Both the position numbers and the translations under genes were made by a program. Shown piece by piece: positions 52,812-64,000 of a stretch of 64,000 bases of DNA. This DNA comes from Azolla caroliniana (lineage: Eukaryota > Plantae > Polypodiophyta), in the NCBI GenBank assembly GCA_043228905.1, contig JBHGNT010000001.1, forward strand, positions 25,048,001 to 25,112,000, given 5' to 3'. Positions within the stretch are counted from its first letter, which is position 1, and every line of letters starts with the position of its first letter. Below the pieces are notes generated by a model that worked only from the letters and a program-made list of their open reading frames with translations, was not told the origin of the DNA and did not search any database.

Positions 52812-53543
52812 ATTAGGATTAGGTTCTACTTCTCGATAATCGGAATACAACGATGACAACGATACTGCTCGGTAATGTTACGTAATCAATACATGCGTGG
52901 ATTCCTTGGGGAAGGGATAACATCACGTATTTGAACGTAATCATCGTTCACGACGATGTTGTTTACATATTTGTAATGCGCATTTGCTCGAGGGAACATA
53001 TGAAGAATGGCTTTCTTGCTTAGGCTCGCCGTGCTCTTGTCTGGCCTAGTTTGAATACAAGCCGGTAAACGCAAGAATGTGATGAAGCCTAGTTGTTGTA
53101 TAATGTGTATTTGGATGTAGTCGTGAACAAGGATTACGTCCTTGAAAATTTAGAAACAATCTCCACGAAGGCCACCACTAGGATGTTGCATGCACGATAC
53201 TTTTCATTTGGTTAGAGTAGAATGCGCGTATTCGAGATTCAACAATGGAAACTTACGTACGAGTGGAAGAATCTAGCGGTTGGTATCGTGAGACGAGAAT
53301 GGTATCTACACATAGGAGGTTCACAGTTTGAGACGAAAACTCTTCTCGAAGGTGATTTGTATGGCGATGAATGCTTTTCTATGGATTACATACGTCACAC
53401 CGCATAGCTTTATCCGATAAACCCATTTAAGTTCATCTCAGTAATAAAAAATACGATGATCAAGAAATATGATGAGAAATAAGAGATCCTATCCGATCAC
53501 GTGTGATATCTTCATTCCTTTCACTTTTCGATGAATTGTCGAA

Positions 53544-53591
53544 GATCATATCGCCTAATGGATAAGGCGTTGGTCTTCGAAACCAAATATT
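53544..53591 (+). pseudogene. 3'-truncated tRNA-Arg(TCG)
   Basis: D and anticodon arms present; T arm deleted. Confidence 0.75.
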
Positions 53592-53787
53592 TTGTATCCA
53601 TGGTTTCGGCTTAATGCGCGGATCTTGTATCCATTGTTTTGGCTTAATGGACGCATTCATTTATGAGGATGATGATGTTTAATAGGTAAACGAAATGGAA
53701 TCGTTTATTTGGCACAAATTCCTCATCAAAAGTGTATCGCATGTCAATCGCGATCCTCAATGGAAGTACCACCAATGGAAAACAGAA

Positions 53788-53860
53788 GATCCTATGGCCC
53801 AATGGATAAGGCGCTGGTCTACGAAACCAGAGATTCTAGGTTTGATCTCTGGTAGGATCG
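53788..53860 (+). tRNA. tRNA-Arg(ACG), T-loop variant TTTGA
   Basis: Full 73-nt cloverleaf except T-arm changes. Confidence 0.78.
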
Positions 53861-54636
53861 ATTAGGATTAGGTTCCGCTTCTCGAGAATCGGAATACAAC
53901 GATGACAACGAGACTACTCGGTAATGTTGCGCAATCAATACATGCGTGGATTCCTTGGGGAAGGGATAACATCACGTACTTGAACGTAATCATTGATCAC
54001 GACGATGTTGTTTACATATTTTTAATGCACATTCGCTCGAGGGAATATATGAAGAATGCGTTTCTTGCTTACGCTCGCCGTGCTCCTTTCTCGGCTGGTT
54101 TGAATACAAGTGAGTAGACGCAAGAATATGATGACGCCTAAATGTTGTATGATGTGTATTTGGATGTAGTCGTCAACAAGGATGACGTCGTTTAAAATTT
54201 AGAAACAATCTACACGAAGGCCAACACTAAGACGTCGCATGTGCGATACTTTTTATTTGGTTAGAGTAGAATGCGCATATTCGAGATTCAAACATGCAAA
54301 TTTACGTACGAGTGGAAGAATCTAGCGGTTGGTATCATGACACGACAATGGTATCTACACATCGGAGGTTCACAGTTTGAGACGAAAACTCTTCTTGAAG
54401 GTCATTTGTATAGTCATGAATGCTTTTCTATGGATTACATACATCACACCGCATAGCTTTATCTGATAAACCCATTTAAGCTCATCTCCTTGATGTGGCG
54501 AGTAATATAATGGTAAGGTAAAAGACAAGAGATCCTATGAAAAATACGATGATCAAGAAATATGATGAGAAATAAGACATCCTATCCGATCATGTGTGAG
54601 ATCTTCATTCCTTTCCCTTTCGGATGTAAGGTCGAA

Positions 54637-54709
54637 CTACCTATGGCCTAATGGATAAGACAGTGGTCTTCGAACTCAAAGATTCTAGGTTCGATCGCTA
54701 GTAGGATCG
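54637..54709 (+). pseudogene. tRNA-Arg(TCG) degenerate copy
   Basis: CTTCGAA loop; stems partly broken. Confidence 0.72.
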
Positions 54710-54983
54710 GTTTAGAATCGTGACCCTAGTGTACGTCAACATCAAGAACAGAATGACCAAGAATCAATGACGGAGTCATAATGGGCATTCGTCTCAACCG
54801 TCTAGAAAATGCGCGCATCTTGTATCCATTGTTTTGCTTAATGGATGTGCATTCATTTACGAGGATGATGATGTTTAATAGGTAAAAGAAATGGAATGGT
54901 TGATCTGGCCCAAATTCCTCATTAAAAGTGTATCGCATGTCAATCTCGATCCTCAATGGAAGTACAGGCAATGGAAAACCGAA

Positions 54984-55056
54984 GATCCTATGGCCCAACG
55001 GATAAGGCGCTAGTTTACGAAACCAGAGATTCTAAGTTCGATCCCTAGTAGGATCG
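54984..55056 (+). tRNA. tRNA-Arg(ACG), several substitutions
   Basis: 73 nt, acceptor stem intact. Confidence 0.72.
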
Positions 55057-55777
55057 ATTAGGACTAGGTTCTGCTCCTCGAGAATCAGAATACAACGATG
55101 ACAACGAGACTGCTAGGTAATGTTGCGCAATCAATACATGTGTGGATTCCTTGGGGAAGGGATAACATCACGTATTTGAACGTAATCATCGATCACGACG
55201 ATGCCGTTTACATATTTTTAATGCACATTCGCTCGAGGGAACATATGAAGAATGCCTTTCTTCCTTACGCTTGCCGTGCTCCTATTTGGGCTAGTTTTAA
55301 TACAAGCGAGTAGTCGCAAGAATGTGATGACGCCTAGTTGTTGTATGAGGTGTATTTGGATGTAGTCGTCAACAAGGATGACGTCGTTTAAAATTTAGAA
55401 ACAATCTACACGAAGGCCACCACTAGGACGTCGCATGTGCGATACTTTTTATTTGGTTAGAGTAGAATGCGCATATTCGAGATTCAACAATGCAAATTTA
55501 CGTACGAGTGGAAGAATCTAGCGGTTGGTATCATGAGACAACAACGGTATCTACACATCGGAGGTTCACAGTTTGAGACGAAAACTCTTCTTGAAGGTCA
55601 TTTGTATGGTCATGAATGCTTTTCTATGGATTACATACGTCACACCGCATAGCTCTATCTGAAAAACCCATTTAAGCTCATCTCCTTAACGTGGCGAGTA
55701 ATAGAATGGTAAGGTAAGAGATAAGAGATCTTATGAAAAATACGATGATCAAGAAATATGATGAGAAATAAGACATC

Positions 55778-58700
55778 TGAAAAGAATGGCATGCGGAAGC
55801 AATATAGGAAACCGAACAATCGAAAATGCAGGTTTAATGGAAACCTTAGGATTGGACAGGACGCACGGGAGAGACCGAGAGAGGGTAAATACAAGAACTT
55901 AATTCAAAAATAATACTCGATCTGTACATCGTGTGTGTTCCATGAAAACTTTTATACAAGTCCCTTTTGGACTGACAGAAGTACTGATAGTACTTTAATG
56001 CTCATAAGGAGCCCCTACACTAACTCCCAAATATATTCCTTGCGGAATATCTTTTTGATGGCCTCTCGGTTTCTGCACCGATCCGGCCTTGCTACGGACC
56101 GGTCTGCATACCGGTTTCCAACTGATCCGGCCTAACCGATCGGTCCCAACCGATCCGGTCCTCGGCTTGCTCAGCCGATCCGGCCAATGTTGAGCTTGTC
56201 TCTCAACACTCCCCCTCAAGCTCAACTTGAGGCTCTTCGAGATCTTCCGTATCACCGCTCCGGTTCCTCCTGGCTCCACGCCTCGCTCGCGTTGCTTGGC
56301 CTGTTCGACTCTGCGCGCTTCGACCTTTGTGGTCGGCTTGTCTGCTCCGACAGCTCTTCACGGCTCCCTTGCTGTCGCGGTGTTGGCGCTTCTCCTAGTG
56401 CCTTCTTTTCTGCTTGGCCCTCGGTTGATTCAGTGTATCCGAATCAAACATCCGAACCAACTCGGCTACCTCCGATCGGTTTTCGCTCTCGTCCAAGTTG
56501 GCTGTCTCCAACTCGTCTTCGGTCTTCTTGCCCTTGACGATGTCATCTCCCCCATGCTTAGTTGGCTTCGGCTCTTTCTTTCGGCTGCTCCCCTTATGTC
56601 CGCTTATAGACTCTTCCGCGGATCTGCCCTCGGCTTCTTCAGCCGATTCGAAGTCGAATTCGTCATCCGACCCGGTGTCGTAGTCTACGTCTTCCGGAAC
56701 TTCTCTCCCTCTTCCGTGGTCATTCGGGACGTCTCTCCCCCTCAAGTTTGGCACGTTGAGGTGACGCAACCCAAGCGTACCCGAGAACTGCCGCAACTTG
56801 TCCAGACCAAGAGGCTTGGTGAAGATGGCAGCTGTTTGCCGATCCATTGGAACATACTGAAGTTCGACTTCACTAGAAAGGACACGCTCACGGAAAAAAT
56901 GGTAGTGCACCTCAATGTGCTTCGTTCGTGCGTGGAAAACAGGGTTCTTCGCGAGCTGGATGTTGTTGAGGTTGTCGCAGTAGATCGTCGTCGGATCGGA
57001 CACCTCCTCTTGCAGGTCCTTAAGTAGCCACTTCAGTCATATGGCTTCGGATGTCGCGACAACCGCTCCTCGGTACTCAGCTTCGGTGCTTGACAGTGCA
57101 ACTGTCGGCTGCTTCTTATTGCTCCACGCTATCGCGGTACTCCCAAGTGAGAATGCATATCCGAACGTGTATCGGTGATCGGTGGCATTGCTAGCCCAAT
57201 CATCATCGGTGTAGCCGACCAACTGTGAGGCTGTATCGGTCCGATATAACAGTCCTCGGTCCTTAGTGCCACTTACATACCGCAGTACGCGTTGTGCACA
57301 CTGAAGGTGCTCCTCGGTAGGTCGCGCCATATACTGACTGATCACTCCGACCAGATAACTAAGATCTAGTCGGGTGATTGTCAAGTAGATAAGGCTTCCG
57401 ACAATTTGTCGGAACCTCGTCAGGTCGCATACCTTTCCGGAGTCGGGGCAAAGCTTTATTGTTCTATCCAGAGGAGTTGAGATGGACTTACAGTTTGCCA
57501 TCCTGAATTTTAAGAGCATACTCAGTACGTAATGCCGTTGGCTGATCAATATGGCTTTGGTGGTGCGGATCACTTTGATCCCAAGGAAGTAATGAAGGTT
57601 CCCCAGATCCTTCATGTTGAATGATGCCGCGAGCTGGAGCTTCACGCGGTCAATTTCACCTAGGTCAGCGCCGGTGATGACCAAGTCATCAACATATAGT
57701 AAAATATTGACCGGACCGAGTCGACCTTTCCGGATGAACAGGGAAGGGTCTAATTTTGACGTTGCAAAGCCCATCCGACGCAGTTGCTGCGTGATCTTCG
57801 TGTTCCAGGCACGCGGGGCTTGCGTCAGTCCGTAAAGGGACTTCTTCAATTGGCACACTATTGACGTGTTCGTTCCGGAGTGAAATCCGGGGGGCTATAC
57901 CATGTACACCTATTCCTCAAGCTCACCTTGGAGGAACGCATTCTTTACATCCATCTGATGTAAGTGCCACCCCTTTGCAAAGCCCATCCGACGCAGTTGC
58001 TGCGTGATCTTCGTGTTCTAGGCACACGGGGCTTGCGTCAGTCCGTAAAGGGACTTCTTCAATTGGCACACTACTGATGTGTTCGTTCCGGAGTGAAATC
58101 CGGGGGGCTATACCATGTACACCTGTTCCTCAAGCTCACCTTGGAGGAACGCATTCTCATCCATCTGATGTAAGTGCCACCCCTTTGCCGCGGCTATCGC
58201 AAGCAAAACACGGACGGTCGTCATCTTCGCGACCGGCGCAAACGTCTCATTGTAGTTGATGTCGTGTTTCTGTGCATAGCCTTTTTCCACTAACCGGGCC
58301 TTGTATCAATTGATCGAGCCGTCGGTGTTGTACTTGACCTTGTACACCCACCTACATCCGATCGACTTCACACCCTTCGGTGCGTGAACCAGGTCCCAGG
58401 TCTCGTTTTCCACTAATGCGTGCATCTCTTCCTCCATCGCGGCCGCCAATTCGCGTCCTTAGCCGCTTCTACGTAGCTCTCCGGCTCACGCTGCACGGGT
58501 CATGTACACATAATCATGCGCCATGTACTCGTTGTATCCGAACTGCACAACTGGATTCTTCTGGCGGGTAGATCGGCGTAATCGGTCATTAGCCAATGTT
58601 GAGGTCTTCTCGGTCGACGCGGACTTCGCTCTTGAAGACCCGTCACCACTTCCTTCGGAGTCGGACTCGCGTCGGTCTGACTCATTCCTATCCGTGCTGG

Positions 58701-61697
58701 AATCTAACACCTTCTTCTTCCCTTTCTCTTTGAGTGTAAGCCGTCTCCTTGGCTTCCTACGCGGGAAATGCACAACCAAGTCTCCACTACTCGCCGGCTC
58801 TTCATCGGACTGGTTGAACCGACTCAATCATCCATTCGGTCCGCTTAACCGAAACGAAATCGAACTCTCTTCGTGGGTCCCGATTTCAGGCTCATCCGGA
58901 GGTATCTCGGCCTCGCTGACCTCATCGTCAGAACTCAGATTGGAGGTGAGGTCCGGAGTTGGAGGCAAGTACCAGGATGCAGACTCGTCAAACACAACGT
59001 CGCGGCTCACGCGCGCTTGTTTGGTATGCGGGTTATAACAGTTATAACCCTTCTGCTCGTCCGAGTAGCCTACCAAGATACATTTCTCGGCCTTTGCATC
59101 CAGCTTCCTCCGTTTCTCCTTCGGCACATGCACATACGCAATGCTACCGAAAACTCGTAAGTGTCGCAAGTTCGGCTTCCTTCCGAAATACAGCTCGTGC
59201 GCCGACACTTTGTCTCCGATCTGGTTCTGGATGTATATCGCGGTCCTTACCGCCTTGGCCCAATAGAACTTGGGCAAGCCCTTTTCTTCTAGCATTGCCC
59301 GTGCCGCTTCCACAACCGACCGATTTTTCCTCTCGGCCACGCCGTTTTGCTCTGGCGTGTATCTACAACTTAATTCGCGCCGAATTCCCATCTGTTGTAG
59401 ATAACCGTTGAATTGACCGGAAAAGTATTCTTTTCCGCCATCCGACCGTAGGCACTTGATCTTTCTTCTTGTTTCCGTTTCCACGAACCCTTTGAGGTCC
59501 CGGAAACAGTCGAAGACTTCACTCTTCCTCTCGATGAGGTAGATCCACGTGTGCCGAGTTTAGTCGTCGATGAAGGAGACAAAATATCGGCTCCCGCCAA
59601 GACTAACGTTTTGTGCCGGCCCCCACACATCGGAGTGTATCACGTCAAGTTTGTTCCGGCTCCGGTTACGCTCGTTGGGGAAGGGAAGTCGGTGTTGCTT
59701 CCCAAGCTAGTAGGCTTCACAAATTTGTGCCTTTTGGCCACTAAATTTGGGCAATCCGAACACCAGTTGTTTCGATTGCAGGTCTTGGAGCCGCTGGTAG
59801 TTGACGTGGCCTATCCACTTGTGCCATAAGTCGATGTCTGACGCGAGTTTTTGTCCCTTCGCGAACATTGCAGTGCCACCGTCAGTAGAGTCGAGGATGA
59901 AGCACCTGAGGTGTGTAAACCGAACCTGCATCCCCTGGTCGACGATCTGCCCGACCGACACTAGATTCTTCGTGATTGTCGGGACATGTAACACGTTCAT
60001 AAGTTTCCCTTTCTACCCGACATGGCTCAAGGGAACTTCACCGACATTCGCGATCGGATGTGGAGTGTCGTCTCCGTATGCGACTACTCCTGGTTGTGTT
60101 GGTTCTCAAGGTATGAGAACCACTCCTCGTGGCACGTCATGTGGTTTGATGCACCGGAGTAGACGTACCACACCTCGTTCGACTTCGGGGTGATCTTCTT
60201 CATTGAGTTTGCTTCATGTCTCGTCACGAAGACTGACCCTTTTCCGGCTTCTCCGGATCCTTCGGCGTAGTGCGATCGTTGCCGATTTCCTTTGTTGGTC
60301 TGTCCGGAACCTGTTTTAGACCCGGTTCTCTCCAAATCAGCACGCTTTTTCCAGCACTCGCTCTCCCTATGGCCTTTCTTGCCACAATACCAGCATTCCG
60401 CGGCGGATTTCCCTTGCCGGTTCCCGTCGCCTTGACTCTCCCTGTTTCCGGAGGTTCCGGAATCGTTGTCGGCATCACTTTAGTGCCTTCTTCCTTGATC
60501 CCGTCGGCCGCCTCCATTGGGTACCAACTCGCCTCGTCCACCACGACCACGGGGCCTATCTCCCTCTGTGTACAACATCTTGTTGTCGGCATGCGTGCTT
60601 GTCGACGCACCTGCGTGGTTCTCCTCTATAAGGAGCATCGACTGTAAGTCGAAAAACGACAACGTATTCTCCCATGTACACACAGCAGTTTGGAAAGCTC
60701 CGAACTTTGACGCCAAACCCCCCGAGACAGACCTGGACCATCTCGCTTTCCTCGATGTTCACATCGATGGAAGCTAAGGAGTCGCATATTTCCTTGATCC
60801 TCGAGGTATAGTCAGCCACTAACAACTCACGTTGTCGTAGGTTGCTCAACTCCTGTTGGAGCTGAACCTTCCTGGCTATGGTGCTCGCGGTGAAGATATT
60901 CTTTAGATTTCCCCATGCACCCTTCGGCGTTTTTGCATCCCGAACGTAGCTTGATAGTTGTTCGCCCACACAAGACGCGAAACAGTACAACACTCTGCTC
61001 GCCGATTGTTCCCACGCTGGGAAGTCTTTGTGTGTCGAATTGGGTGTTGTAACATTTGCTCCATCAACATAGCTCTAGTAACCGTGCCGAAGCAGGTACT
61101 GGTGCATCTTGTAGGACCAAGATGCGTAGTTGGTTTTGTCGAGCTTCTCCGTCAGAAGCGAGCTAGCCATTCCTCTGTCAAGCGGTTTTCTTGTTCTTCT
61201 TCGTTGCTTTTTCCTTCACGCAAAGTCCACTGCAGACGTTCTCAACCCTCGCCCTCTAATATCATGAAAAGAATGGTGTGCGGAAGCAATATAGGAAACC
61301 GAACAACAGAAAACGTAGGGTTTAATGGAAAGCTTAGGTTTGCACAGTACACACCGGGAGAGACAGAGAGAGGGTAAACACAACAACTTAATTCAAAAAT
61401 ATTACTCGATCTGTACATCGTGTGTGTTCAATGAACACTTTTATACAAGTCCTTTTTGGACTGACAGAAGTACTGACAGTACTTCAATGCTCATAAGGAG
61501 CCCCTACACTAACTCCCAAATATATTCCTTGATGAATATCTTTCCGATGGACTCCCAGTTTCTGCACCGATCCGATCTTCTTACACACTGGTCTGCATAC
61601 TGTTTTCCAACCGATCCAGCCAAACTGATCGGTTCCAACCGATCTGGTCCTCGTCTTGCTCAGTCGATCCGCCCCATGTTGAGCTTGTCTCTCAACA
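55778..61697 (-). mobile_element. Full-length decayed Ty1/Copia element H inserted in the tRNA array
   Basis: LTRs 55778-56208 and 61265-61697; TSD ACATC 55773-55777 / 61698-61702; degenerate iMet PBS 61254-61264; PPT 56209-56219; integrase (RSDGGKEY, QNGVAERKNR), RT (LYVDD), RH (KHIEVHYHF). Confidence 0.95.
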
Positions 61698-61757
61698 ACA
61701 TCCTATCCGATCATGTGTGAGATCTTCATTCCTTTCACTTTCGGATGAAAGGTCGAA

Positions 61758-61830
61758 GTACCTATGGCCTAATAGATAAGGCGTTGGTCTTCGAACCCAA
61801 AGATTCTAGGTTCGACCGCTAGTAGGATCG
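61758..61830 (+). tRNA. tRNA-Arg(TCG)-like, mutated; followed by TTTT
   Basis: CTTCGAA loop, GGTTCGA B box, T4 at 61832-61835. Confidence 0.7.
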
Positions 61831-62105
61831 GTTTTGAAACATGACCCTAGTGTACGTCGACACCAAGAACACAACGACCAAGAATCAATCACGGAGTCAT
61901 AATAGGCATTCCTCTCAACCGTCTAGAAACTGCGCGGATCTTGTATCCACTGTTTTGGCTTAATGGATGTGCCTTCATTTACGAGGATGATGATGTTTAA
62001 TAGGTAAAAGAAATGGAATGGTTGATCTGGCACAAATTCCTTTTAAAAAGTGTATCGCATGTCAATCGCGATCCTCAATGGAAGTACAACCAATGGAAAA
62101 ACTAA

Positions 62106-62178
62106 GATCCTATGGCACAATGGATAAGGCGTTGGTCTACGAAACCAGAGATTCTAGGTTCGATCCCTGGTAGGATCG
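62106..62178 (+). tRNA. tRNA-Arg(ACG), best-preserved copy
   Basis: GATCCTATGGCACAATGGATAAGGCGTTGGTCTACGAAACCAGAGATTCTAGGTTCGATCCCTGGTAGGATCG folds as a cloverleaf. Confidence 0.82.
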
Positions 62179-62899
62179 ATTAGGATTAGGTTTCGCTCCT
62201 CCAAAATCGGAATACAATGATGACAACGAGACTACTCGGTAATGTTGCGCAATCAATACATGCGTGGATTCCTTGGGGAAGGGATAACATCGTGTATTTG
62301 AACGTAATCATCGATCATGACGATGCCGTTTACATATTTTTAATGCGCATTCGCTTGAGGGAACATATGAAGAATGGCTTTCTTGCTTAGGCTCGTCGTG
62401 CTCCTGTCTGGCCTAGTTCGAATACAAGAGAGTAGACGCAACAATGTGATGACGCCTAGTTGTTGTATGATATGTATTTGGATGTACTCGTCAACAAGGA
62501 TGATGTCGTTTAAAATTTAGAAACAATCTACACGAAGGCCAACACTAAGAATTCACATGCGCGATACTTTTCACTTGGTTAGAGTAGAATGTGCGTATTC
62601 GAGATTCAACAATGCAAATTTACGTACAAGTGGAAAAATCTAGCGGTTGGTATCATGAGACAAAAACACCATCTACACATCGGAGGTTCACAATTTGAGA
62701 CGAAAACTCTTCTCGAAGGTCATTTGTATGGTCATGAATGCTTTTCTATGGAATACATACGTCATACCGCATAGATTTATCCGATAAACCCATTTAAGCT
62801 CATCTCCTTAATGTGGCGAGTAATATAATGGTAAGGTAAGAGACAAGAGATCTTATGAAAAATATGATGATCAAGAAATATGATGAGAAATAAGACATA

Positions 62900-64000
62900 T
62901 GAAAAGAATGGTGTGCAGAAGCAATATAGGAAACTGAACAACAGAAAACGCAGGTTTAATGGAAACATTAGGTTTGTACAGTACGCACGGGAGAGAGAGA
63001 GAGAGAGGGTAAACACAAGAACTTAACTCAAAAATAATACTCGATCTGTACATCGTGTGTGTTCGATGAACACTTTTACACAAGTCCCTTTTGGACTGAT
63101 AGAAGTACTGACAGTACTTCAATGCTCATAAGGAGCCCCTACACTAACTCCCAAATATATTCCTTGCGGAATATCATTCTGATGGCCTCCCGGTTTCTGC
63201 ACCGATCCGGCTTTCCTATGCACCAATCTGCATACCGTTTTCTGCACCGATCCGGCCTAATCGATCGGTTCGAACCGATCTAGTCCTTGGCTTGCTCAGC
63301 CGATCCGGCCCATGTTGAGCTTGTCTCTCAAGACTCCCCCTCAAGCTCAACTTGAGGCTCTTCGGGATCTTCCGGATGACCGCTCCGGTTCCTCCTGGCT
63401 CCACGCCTCGCTCGCGCTCCTTGGCCTGTTTGACTCCACGTGCTTCGACCCTTTCGGTTGGTTTGTCTGCTCCCACGGCCCTTCACAGCTCCCTTAATGT
63501 CGCGGTGTTGGCGCTTCTCTTGCCGCCTTCTTTTCCGCTTGGCCCTCGGTTGATTTAGTGTATCTGAATTAAACATCCGAACCGAATTGGCTACCTCCGA
63601 TCGGTTTTCGCTCTCGTTTGAGTTGGCTATCTCCAACTCGTCTTCAGTCTTCTTGCCCTTGATGGTGTCATCTTCCCCATGCTTGGTTGGCTTCGGCTCT
63701 TTCTTTCGGCTGCTCCCCTTATGTCCGCTTTTGGACTCTTCCGCGGATCCGCCCTTGGCTTCTTCAGCCAATCCGAAGTTGAATTCGTCATCCGACTCGG
63801 TGTCGCGGTCTACGTCTTCCGGAACTTCTCTCCCTCTTCCATGTTTGGCACGTCGAGGTGAAGCAACCTAAGCGTACCCGAGAATTGTCGCAACTTGTCC
63901 AGACCAAGAGGCTTGGTGAAGATGTCGGCCGTTTGCCGATCCGTCGGAACATACTAAAGTTCGACTTCACTAGAAAGAACACGCTCACACACAAAATGGT
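62900..64000 (-). mobile_element. Second Copia (element H family): 3' LTR 62900-63333 plus pol 3' end; continues beyond window
   Basis: LTR and RH/extension homologous to 55778-56900; inserted after ACATA at the same position in the array unit. Confidence 0.92.

Larger units (their letters stand above)
45580..64000 (+). repeat. ~1.2-kb tandem array, two tRNA-Arg genes per unit, interrupted by LTR elements
   Basis: Period 1196 bp (53788 to 54984); homologous spacers at 45.6, 51.6, 52.8, 53.9, 55.1 and 62.2 kb. Confidence 0.93.

Noticed and set aside
46641-62774. Recurring 61-72 aa ORFs (MTTRLLGN..., MRIFEIQQ...) in array units
   Set aside because: They recur only because the DNA is repeated; other units have stops in these frames and there is no coding signature
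45580-62899. CRISPR-like or rDNA/5S array
   Set aside because: The whole 1.2-kb unit repeats with no unique spacers, and no rRNA motifs are present

Overview
Eukaryotic land-plant nuclear DNA, probably a non-seed plant such as a fern or lycophyte (inferred from the Tcn1-like and Trp-primed Gypsy lineages). No CRISPR or prokaryotic features. (1) 1-25.8 kb is a five-layer nest of decayed LTR retrotransposons: Athila/Tat-like Gypsy > Copia(-) > Copia(+) > two Trp-primed Gypsy elements > a self-priming Tcn1/Tf1-like chromovirus. (2) 25.8-39.7 kb is AT-rich intergenic DNA with an orphan Pro/Cys-rich single-pass membrane ORF, nested solo LTRs and a hAT MITE. (3) 39.76-44.96 kb(-) is a 6-exon CPR5 homolog with an atypical signal-peptide-like, repeat-rich N-terminal extension. 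(4) 45.6-64 kb is a ~1.2-kb tandem array. Each unit carries two sister tRNA-Arg genes (ACG and an anticodon-shifted TCG). The array is interrupted by a small Gypsy and by two Copia elements at the same nucleotide, ~60 bp upstream of the TCG tRNA position. The strongest leads are the tRNA array with same-site Copia insertions, antisense tRNA-like Pol III cassettes inside two unrelated LTR families, and the altered CPR5.
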